A DNA stretch of 64,000 nt from Trichoplax sp. H2 (Eukaryota), in assembly GCA_003344405.1 (NCBI GenBank), contig NOWV01000015.1, forward strand, positions 186,001 to 250,000, read 5' to 3'. The notes beneath the pieces are model-generated. The model was not told the origin of the DNA, did not search any database, and was given only the letters and a program-made list of their open reading frames with translations. The translations under genes were made by a program, and so were the position numbers. Each line of letters starts with the position of its first letter. Position 1 is the stretch's first letter. Shown one piece after another: positions 51,186 through 61,589 of the stretch.

Positions 51186-51828
51186 TATTGATGGTGATAT
51201 TATTTATAACTCTATTATGCCAGTCACTATAGAAATAAATAGTAAAATACTTTATGAATTTGGCCACTCAGAATCAAATTGAAAACTAGTTCTAGCATGG
51301 TATTAATATTTACAATACCTCTATGAATGCGTATAAAAGCGAAAGAATTGAAATTGTTTTATTTTTCTAAATCATAAAAGCTGATATTTGTTAATTAACT
51401 TAGATTACTTATATTATCTGTTCAAATCAAAAATTTAAATAAAATTCTTTCTTGAAAGGGACTAGAGGGTGACGGTGACAGAATGATTTCCCTGGGATGA
51501 AACTGTTAGTTACATTAACTGCAGTTATTATTTAAGAAGCAGTTCTTAAAATAAATTCACTCCGATGGATCATTATTTTTCGCCCTTGAGACATTAACAA
51601 TTAGGTAATAAATTGGACGAAATTTTTGCATCCTTGGAGCGACGAACGTGAATTTAAAGTTGTTTTGCATTCATTCCAATTTAATAATCATTATTTCAAG
51701 AAAAATTAAAACTACTTTAGAGCAGATTGATTTTATTGGCACATGATCAATTTGATTTAATTGCAATCTCCTTTTCAGCGATTTTGATTTACGTGAGAGA
51801 AGATAATTAGATTATATTTACTTCAAGC

Positions 51829-52707
51829 ATGGGTCAAAAACCGAGTCATAAAGTGAAATTGTCTATTGGAGGCCGTAGCGACGATCGAATACAACATTTA
51901 CTGCAATCTGGTCGTCGATATCGTCAACATAAGGACTACGAACGCGCTAAAAAGCAATATATTAAAGCTCTTGATAGTGTCATTAATAATAAGCTGGAAA
52001 AAGTTCTATATCGAAATCGATTACTGTTAGAAATTTTCCTTGACATTTCTCGCTGTCATCGAAAACTTTTACAAGTGGATGAAGCAAATTATTACTGTAG
52101 ACTTGCTGAAAATGTAGCTAAACAAATTCGAAATCAACTCGCTAACGATCACAGTTTAGATTCTATTTCCGATTGCGACATGAAAAAGCAAGATCATGCA
52201 GCATTAGATACCCACAATTTGGATCATTTTGGAAGGAACGAATTAAGAAGTTATGACTTGGCAATTGGCATATTATATGGTAAGATTGGAAGAATGTATT
52301 TTGCACAATGTAAATACAGTGAAGCTTTACCTATCTGTAAAACAGCAATCAATATTCAAACGACATTGCGTAGTAAATGTGATCAAGATATCGCTACATT
52401 ATATGATGTTATTGGACATGTCTATAAATATAAAAGTAAGTACGATGAAGCTTTGTCACACTATCAAGCCTCGTTAAATATGAGGCAAGAATTGAAAGAA
52501 ACAAATAAGTTAGACCTAGCTAACTCTTATGAAAACATTGCCGATATCTATAGTAGACAACGGAAATTAGACGATGCTTTATCCTTATATGAAACATCGC
52601 GAAACCTTAGACAAGAAATATTAGGAAATGACGCCATCGAAATTAAGCATTCAAATGGGCGTATAACCAAAATCCTTTATTTACAAGACAAACATAACGA
52701 TCTATGA
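51829..52707 (+). CDS. Intronless 292-aa TPR-repeat protein
   Basis: N-terminal TPR-like domain homologous to that of the long TPR gene, followed by three to four 42-aa repeats; N-terminus MGQKPS. Confidence 0.9.
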   Translation: MGQKPSHKVKLSIGGRSDDRIQHLLQSGRRYRQHKDYERAKKQYIKALDSVINNKLEKVLYRNRLLLEIFLDISRCHRKLLQVDEANYYCRLAENVAKQIRNQLANDHSLDSISDCDMKKQDHAALDTHNLDHFGRNELRSYDLAIGILYGKIGRMYFAQCKYSEALPICKTAINIQTTLRSKCDQDIATLYDVIGHVYKYKSKYDEALSHYQASLNMRQELKETNKLDLANSYENIADIYSRQRKLDDALSLYETSRNLRQEILGNDAIEIKHSNGRITKILYLQDKHNDL

Positions 52708-52787
52708 AAAGTGCTGAAGTCGAAATTTTCATAGCAGAAATTACAAAATTACTATAATTACGAAATGTAATCATTATTAGTAATGGG

Positions 52788-53395
52788 TTTATTGGTTAAC
52801 AAACCATCACGCGATCTCTTGCAATTCGACCTTGAAATTAAGGCATGATGTATAAATCGTTACAACTATTGGTCATATTTCCTTAATTCTAAGTGTAAGG
52901 ACTATTAGTTGATTTATTATTAACAAGCCATCACGCGATCATTTGCAAATGGAATGTAAAATGGAAGTTATAAGTAGATACAACTGTTGGTCACATCATT
53001 TTGATGCTAAGTGTAAGGAATAGTAGTTGATTTATTATTAACAAGTCATCACGCGATCATTTGCAAATGGCTAGTGAAATTAAAGCACTAAATTTATACA
53101 ACTGTTGATCACATTATCTTGATTCCACCTGCAAAAAATAGTAGTTGATTTATTATTAACAGCTCATCACGCGATCGTTTGCAAATGGATAGTGAAATGG
53201 AAGCACTAAATTAATATAACTGTTGGTCACATTATCTTAATTCTATATGCAAGAACTAGCTGTTGATTTATTATTAATAAATCATTATTCGATCTTTTAC
53301 AAATGGACTATGAAATTAAAGTACTGAATTGAAACAGCTGTTGGTGATACTATCTCGATTCTACTTACAGGGACTGTTATTAATTTATATTGAAT
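52788..53395. repeat. Tandem repeat, five units of about 119 bp, downstream of TPR gene 2
   Basis: TTTATTATTAACA..CATCACGCGATC-TTTGCAAATGG..CAACTGTTGGTCACAT recurs at about 52788, 52913, 53030, 53149 and 53267. Confidence 0.88.
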
Positions 53396-56272
53396 AAAAC
53401 CGCAAGTGAAGATTTAAGTTCTTGGCAAATGTAGGCTTTTCACTTTTTAACACTTTTCATTTCCTTGCTCAGCTTTTTTCTTCTAAAGGAAATCATTTCA
53501 CATCATCGAGGCAAATTGCTCTCGAATTCCATGCTCTATGAGGTAGATAAGATAATAGGCATGATGAATATCTTTTCCTTCCTTTTCGCCTAACTGGTCC
53601 TTTCTCCTGCGTTTTTCAAATAATGTAGTTAAATTGATCATCATTCTCGTCTTGATGTATCATACTATGTTAAAACAGATGACTGCAATTTAGAAAGCAA
53701 TTTATTACTATCAAAATAGAGGCGTTAAATTAACCTTCTAACAGTGCAGTTATTTCTTGCTGAATGACATTTTAACTGTGAAAGCAATTTATGTGTGGAG
53801 ATTTTCGTTACTTCAATTTCTTTTAATCAATTTTGTAACGGCTTTTGATTTTAGTAGGAAATAGCTTACTTTCTATTCATTGTGGTGGCTCTAACAGTGT
53901 GATAGTATATTTTTATGATCTGATCTCTATCATCCTTCTTTACGCACGCCCAACAGTTTCTTTGACCTGTCTTATGTTAGTATTAAAATTGATCCAAGTC
54001 ATTATCATTGCAGCGATAGCTATGACTAATAGAATATTTCTCAGACGTTTGCATTCCTTTTTTACGGTATTAATACTCAAAATAAAGCATCAGTGAAAGT
54101 GTCGATACTTTTGATGTTCCTTGTGAAAAGAGTACATACAAAATTTTAATACATTGGCATAAAAAGCTTTTAATCTAATTTGTATCAGTAAAATGACTTA
54201 TTTGATCAATCCTGTAATACCCGTATTGAGAGTAGAAATGACTAGATATTAAGTTGATAATTGAGGTGGAAATAGTCATGACGGACTAACTTTTTACGTT
54301 TCTTACTTGGGAAAATCACGTAATATTGAAATAAATGGACCTTAACCTAAATAGCGTCAGTAGATGGTAAGAACACTTATTTTGCTTATTAATTTGTGTG
54401 AAAGTACAATTCTAGAACATTAGATTAAATAATATTAAAATAAGTATTGGAAAAAGTTAGATACTAGCTATTGCAGCATTTTCTGCCTATTATTAGCACG
54501 TTTATGTGTTGCTACTTACCCTTAGAGATTAGGCGTTTACACTCTTAGAAAATAGAATTGATTAAAGACCACTAATTATCTAAATCACAAATCGAACGTA
54601 GTAGCAGTCCGGCTATTACATCTAAATATTCTCTCGACAAATATATATAGAAATGAAAGGATTCTGTTCGATGTCGTTTTAGTTTTGTTAATTAGATATA
54701 AGCAAGTAAGATAAAGATATCTGATTTTGCCATTTTAAGTTATAATATGGTAATATAATAACCAAATTAGCAATGGAATTTGAAAATATTAAAAGTCATA
54801 CCAATTCTATAATTTCGCTAGCATCAAGGCACTGTAGTGACATACACAAGTAAAAATAATTATCTCTTGATTTTATATGTACAAATTAGCTGTCACTAAA
54901 TGTGATGATCCTGTTTATAGTTCAAATACTGCATTTTATCGCAATATTTGCTGTGATTAAATCGTATACTCCGTAGTTCAGTACTTAAAATTCTTCCATA
55001 ATTTGGGCTAGGTTGGTTTTTACTTTAAATTATTTGTATAAGCATTTGTGCATCTAATTTCGAAGAACATTTTTATTAAAACTCTGCCTGTCTAGATATC
55101 TTTCTATCCATTGCTATTTTAAAGGTTTTTATTGCTTATCGCATGAGTTGAATAAAGTATTACGTTAGCTAAACAATGTCAGGTTTCTGATTTTCTTTCT
55201 GTTTTAAAGGCTATTAGCAGCTATTCAATATATTATTGCATAGGGCAATTCTTTCATTGCGAGCATCTTTCAAGATCGGGTTAGACTGCTTTGTTGTGGA
55301 ATGCTATATGATTAGTACTAAATTTGTACTTACTATACGACGGCAAATGTAGTTATTTAAAGCTCTTTTGCTACCTTCTGTAATATAGCTAAAAGACTAA
55401 CTTCACTATGTTACTTAACTAAACTTGCCTAATCTAAACTAATTAGATTTCCCTAGATAACTAACAATAACTGAGAAATGCACTTTCGGAATCTTTTAAC
55501 TATAGCTTTATTCTAGAAAATGCAAGTCTAATTTAATATTCAAAATCAATCATTCAAATAGTCTTTCTAGCCATAAAACCGGTTTACGATGTGTGATATA
55601 TTTCGACCTATAAGACTTCGTGAATGCATTAAATTTTTCCTAGTCTAATCCAATGAATCTGCAATATTACTATAGATTAACTTGATGTTTGCTCTAGCTT
55701 ATAATTAACAGGATTTATATTGAATTTACCATTGACAATTCATATACCATATTTAGTATAATTTAACCTGTATTAGGAACAGGTTTGTATCGGCTATATT
55801 AAGTCATAAAATAATTCATGTACATATCCAAATTAATAACTATCTTAACGTGATATATATGTTAACCTATATACATGTCTAAATTAAGTAAGTTATCATT
55901 CATCACGGTAAATTCACTACTATGACACACTAGGATACTTACTTTGTTACTCTAGGAAGGTTTCTTCATCCTAACTTCAATTAGATCGCTATATTTCACG
56001 AGAAATGATGTTTAAAAATTCCATTCATAACTAATTATGAATGATCGATACCAAAGGCGGTTTTCTCGAATTGTCTATAGTTCATGAAAATGCACGACAT
56101 AAAGGATCCTTTTGGTTTCTATATACATAACCGAATAATTAATAACATTCTACAGATTTTGGGTCATCATGGAGCTATTTAATTTCATATTGCTTCCTTG
56201 TAAAAATGATTGAGACTTGTAAGATCGCAAATATCTGGTATACCTTCATGGTCCTCCAATTAAATAAATAGG

Positions 56273-57464
56273 TGTTTGTAATGTAACTTAGTATTGTGAT
56301 TGTAGACTGTTAGCCATGTGTAGTATAATGTACGGTAGATATTTATCGTAAGAGATATTTGGTAGCTATAACTATAGACTGTAGTGGTATAGACTCTATG
56401 CTAGATTACAAATGACTATATACAGTAAGCTGTTGAGTTACTAATAAAGTTATAGGTAAAAATAGAACTGTAAATCATATATTAGGATATGGTTAATTTA
56501 TTGTACTTTGGCTGGTGTGAATAATGTCTACGTAAGTATTGTAGTCGTATCCATATTGGATTAATGATGGTCCGCAGTAGAATAGTGTTACTAAGAATAA
56601 TTTAACTACGTGTAAAATAAGGTAAAAGGTTGCCATGCGGATTGTAGCTGCGAATGCTACGAAAAGTATAAAAGCATGCAACTTTGGATTATTCTGTTAG
56701 TTCGTTGTAGAAGTGTTTAGTAGTAGTATTCGGCTAGAGTAGAGCTGTGTGTAGTTAATCTTTGTATAAGATTCAATAAAGCCCTTATTTTTTTTAAATT
56801 TGGAATCTCGTGATTGGTATATATCACAGTGTTACAGTGTTAAATACTGTATTACAGTAGAAATATCTATGTTAGGATAATTTTGTTAAACTATCCTTAT
56901 TTAGTTAGCTTCTAATTTGGATATACTGTGTTTTAATATAGTACTGACTTTTTATGACAGTGACACTTATACACATACTGAAATTAATAGTTATAATAGG
57001 GAATGCAAATCATCTACTTACAGTTCGAATCATTGGGATTGTAATTTACTTATGGTAGATTGTAAATTATCATGGAAATGTTCCGTGATAGGACATATCG
57101 TAATCTGACTATTCTGTATTAGTCATTACATGTCTATATTCGTAAATACTGTTGTCTACATTAAGGGAGCAGTAAGCTAAACTAAATATCTAATTCAGTA
57201 AATGATTCCGAGGTTAATTGTATTAACTATGACTCATGAACTATTGAAGAATAGTATATAAATGCAGTATATCGTGAAATAAAGAGAATTGTCCAACTTA
57301 GTGTTTAACGTAAAATACGAGGCGTTTAAGTCTTTGTGTAGTCTGCTAGTAGAGCAAAAGTGTTTGTGATAGTGCAGATATCGTTCTTTGATACGTGCGT
57401 GGTTCAAGGAACTGACTTATTGATCGTATATTGCGTTATCTTGTTGCAAAGCTGTTTTGTGACA
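56273..57464 (+). mobile_element. Solo LTR, family A, copy 3, interrupted at its fourth base by a nested LTR
   Basis: TSD ATAGG (56268-56272, 57465-57469); TGTT, then the insertion, then ACAGTG...TTGTGACA matching copies 1 and 2. Confidence 0.88.
56277..56828 (+). mobile_element. Solo LTR, family C (552 bp), nested at the 5-prime end of family A copy 3
   Basis: TGTAAT...ATCACA ends, perfect TSD GTGTT (56272-56276, 56829-56833), TATAAAA at 56667, AATAAA at 56775. Confidence 0.85.
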
Positions 57465-60400
57465 ATAGGATAGCTTACTTTGAATAATTAATTAAAATTT
57501 ATGCTATTTCTCTCTATAAGTTTGTAATATAATTTGCTTCATCTACCTACTGGAGTCTTACTATTATGACAAAGTTTCGAATTAACCTTGCTAGAAAATT
57601 TTACTTTGTGGTAATAATCGTGCTGGTATCTTCTAATCAAATAATTTCCAATTATCAAACGAAGTCGAATCTAAATTAAAATCTCTTCGGAATGTCTTCA
57701 ATGCATGAACATTGTCTTATATGGAATTATCCGTTTATCCAAATTTATAATTCAAATTGAATTCACCCAGTAATAAAGGTTATTCTATTACCTAATGTAG
57801 ATATAGCAAAACTAGAACTTTGCCGATTCAAAATTAAGCTACTCTTGCGATATTGACTTGATATTCTATAATTGTGACAAACAATGAATAATCATTTTTA
57901 CCCAATTAATTATGCCTCCTTCACGATCACAATAGAAAATGAAGTCCCATTCTTTTAATTAATCATGACCCATCTTATATTTCCTGTTATCATGCTCTTA
58001 TTAATCTGTGTAACAAAATAAAGTCAGCGTTGCTAAAATTTTCTACTTCAATGTTTACTAACTAGAAAAAAGTTAGCCAAGAATTGATTTAAGATTTTTG
58101 GATAGCATCTTAATACCGGTATTTAATGCATTTTTAGAGAGGAAATGCGAATTGTGTCTCGTATATTACCGGAAGGAAGGTGATGGAAGTAATAATTACG
58201 AAATGTTGCTAATATGCTACGTAAATTTGAATGCTTTACCATCAATTATTGATATCTAATTTTATGATTGCGAGATCTTATCAATTTGAATATTTTAACT
58301 ACGATGGCCTTAAATTTCTGGAAAAAAATCATTGTCTATCTCCGATTAGATTATCTACTTCAGAATTTAAGCAGGCTAACTGCTAAGATATGGCTATTTA
58401 AATTGAATAGCATTTATATTTCTTTCTCATTCGTTTATATTACTATATTCTAGCAGAATATCGTAGTTCTCAGTTAAAGCTTATAAAAACTTTGCTGCAT
58501 ATTAAGGCCAACTTAACTTCTATAGTACGTCAAAATAGCTAGCAGAAATACTAAATATATCTTTACGTAAATGTAAGTATTAGAAAAATAATTCAATTTT
58601 GAAACTTGTGTGCAAGCTGCTTTCCTTAGTACAAAATGGTTAACAGATAGTACCAACAGCTTGTGAATTTTCATAGCAATTAAGTTTCTAGATGAAGAAC
58701 ATCAAAAGTAGTAAGACCACATATACTCCAGTTTTTTTCACGATAGATGAAATTAACTGTAGTGGCTTGCAGATAATTTTCTACACCTTTATCGTGGCAT
58801 TAACACCATTTGCATTACTTTAATTTACGGTATCTTCAGTATTAGCTAACTTTTAACAATTTTTTCAAATAAAACCAAGTCTGCGAATTTTTCCACCTAT
58901 GGCACGATCTTAAGGCTTATCTAAGTGTTTAACTGAAAAACGTAAGGCTGATGATTTTATACAGTAAAATGCTGATAAAAAATCACGATAAAGGTACTGT
59001 TTAGATAAAGTGGAAAATTTAAGTGCTTACTACAGCGCTTGTTGGTCAGTTCTTAAGTTAAGCTATTCCCACGGATCTATTCATCGAATCATGAGAGTAC
59101 CCACAACTAATTAAATTAGAGAAATCACAATATACCGGTAATTCTGCAAGCGTGATAAAAGCTCTTCCGTTAAGTAAGCTATCGGTCTTAATTACATATA
59201 GCGTAAACTATTATAGTATCTGTTAATAATAAACGGTACAATATTCACCTTAAAAGCCGTTTAACTATTAATTGAAATATTATTAAAAATATAAGTATAT
59301 TTTGACTTAAGATGAACCCTGACCAATTATTATTATCGCTCACTTCTATGAATTCATTAGTTATGAAATCGTCCTTCATATTTTTTAACATTAAAGCCCA
59401 AGATAGCTTAATTGTTGATTTTGCATTTTGGAAAGACATCTAATAAATTAAGCAATGGTCAATTTAAAAATCTGGTTAATTCAACCTAGCTAGTATTGAC
59501 CAGCTACAAACTATAGGGATGGATAGAATAATTTATGTATGATTTTATTACCTTATCCATAGTAGAAAACTTTTATAAACGTGGTCATTTCCCTTAATTT
59601 TTAGGATATAGACTGGAAATAGATCTGACTCAGCAACTGGGTCATGCTAAAATAAAAGTAATTGTCTAGATGCGGCAGGAAATAAAATAAAATTTAAATA
59701 ATCAAATTTTAAATTAGTCTAGTCCGGAATAATAGTTTCATAATTAACTGAATCGATTAGCTATAGTACCTATAGATGTTAAGAAAGAATTTATTCTACA
59801 TTCAACAGAGAAAAATATTAATCACTTTATTAATTAGTTTATCGAAATCCAATCAAGCTATTCATAAGTTATTATTTATCCGATATGTTACGATTGTAGA
59901 GTATGAAAATCGATCCTACTACAAAGAGCGTAATTTTAAGATAATTAATACTATTGAACTTCTAGAACCAACGCCATTGCTGTAAAAAAATAGTCAAGTA
60001 TTTAATCTAATCTAAGGTATGATCTTTCAAAATATATTTGACAGATCTCAGATATCGAACGCTTAAAACTGGGAAAAATTGGATTATAATAATAATATCA
60101 ATTATGCAATGAATTTAAAATGTCTCTTCCGCACGAATCATTAACTAAAATAGTACATTGAATCATCATACCATCTATGGCCAGCTGTGCTTTAATCAAT
60201 CTACTAACTATATTGTTTACGTTCTATGTAATGTATCGTAGTAAACATCAAAGGGTTCATTGTATGCATGCTTGGATGATTTTTTTCATATAGTATACTC
60301 TAAAATCCTCCATTGGTTCTAATTTGTCTTTCACTTTGATGAATTTAATTTAATAATAAAATACTTACCCGGCAAAGAAGTTATTGTTATGTAAATTGAA

Positions 60401-60683
60401 TTGAAGGAAATACAAAGCTAAATTGTCACTTTGATGGCTGTATTTTATTTAATTTACGGTAATTAAGACCGGATGACTGATATGAAATTTTTAACCATTG
60501 AGCGGGCATGACTATTATTCAATGCAATCGTATTTAATCCAAGAAATATCATTATTTTCTGCTTAAAGTTCTCGACTGACACTTTCCTCATCGAATAGCT
60601 AAGTTTAAACAAACTTTGCATTTGTGTTGGGATTGTCAATCCGAATTTAAGAAACTGTGGTAAAAGCTTGCCTGATATTCATT

Positions 60684-61589
60684 ATGGGTCATAACATCAG
60701 CCACGTCGTGAAATCATCACTAGAAAGTCGCAGTAATTACCAAATAGAGTCTTTACTGCAATCTGGTCATCGGCTTTGCAAAAGTAAAGATTACGAAAAT
60801 GCAAGAATCCACTACTTGAAAGCCTTAGAAATTATCAATCAGAAAGGTAGTAAAGGACTTTATCGTGATCAACTATGCTGTGAAATCTACATGACCATTG
60901 CTTACATTTATCAGCATCAGTTACAAAGTGACGAGGCAGAATTGTATTGCCGACTGGCTGATACATTAATTGGTCAAATCAAAACCCAACTGCGCGAGGA
61001 TAAAGATTTGCATTCCGTATCTGTATTGAAAGCCAATAAAAATAATCACGATAATCATTTAATATCTAGTTGGACCGATTTTGGCCGTGATAATTTAGAT
61101 GCATTGGAAAATTACACTATAATTTTAGCTTCATTATATACCAAAATAGGCAGTATAAAATACAGCCAGTATAAATATGAATCTGCAGTATCGGTTTGCC
61201 AGAGGGCGATTTTTATTAAATCGAATCTCTTAGGCATCCGTGGTGATTCAGATATTGCCACCATGTATGATGTCATTGGTCATTCCTATAAATATCAAGG
61301 TAAATACACCAATGCCCTGGATAATTATCATAAGTCATTAAAGATCCAATCAAAAATATCAGGAAACGGAAATTATAGTCTAAGTATCGCCAACTGTTAT
61401 GAAAATATTGGCGAAATATTTCATCGACAGAAAAATTTCGGTCAAGCTTTATCCTTGCATAAGAAATCGTTGAATATTCGATCAAAGATATTAGGATACG
61501 ATACTATTGAAGTCTTACACTCCAGCAGTAGACTTGCTAAAACTATGTGGGAATATAACAACGCTTGTGAATCTGCTATACAGGACTAA
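60684..61589 (+). CDS. Intronless TPR-repeat protein of about 301 aa, paralogue of 51829-52707
   Basis: Colinear with TPR gene 2 over its length; the GTG start at 60657 is replaced by the in-frame ATG at 60684 (MGHNIS), which aligns with the starts of both paralogues. Confidence 0.9.
   Translation: MGHNISHVVKSSLESRSNYQIESLLQSGHRLCKSKDYENARIHYLKALEIINQKGSKGLYRDQLCCEIYMTIAYIYQHQLQSDEAELYCRLADTLIGQIKTQLREDKDLHSVSVLKANKNNHDNHLISSWTDFGRDNLDALENYTIILASLYTKIGSIKYSQYKYESAVSVCQRAIFIKSNLLGIRGDSDIATMYDVIGHSYKYQGKYTNALDNYHKSLKIQSKISGNGNYSLSIANCYENIGEIFHRQKNFGQALSLHKKSLNIRSKILGYDTIEVLHSSSRLAKTMWEYNNACESAIQD

Noticed and set aside
52253-52477. 74-aa ORF (likewise 61273-61485)
   Set aside because: Alternative-frame or antisense shadows of TPR genes.
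52788-53395. Regularly spaced repeats as a CRISPR array
   Set aside because: Whole units are homologous with no unique spacers and no cas genes; ordinary minisatellite.
60657-60683. GTG start for TPR gene 3
   Set aside because: Eukaryotic gene; the ATG at 60684 aligns with paralogue starts.
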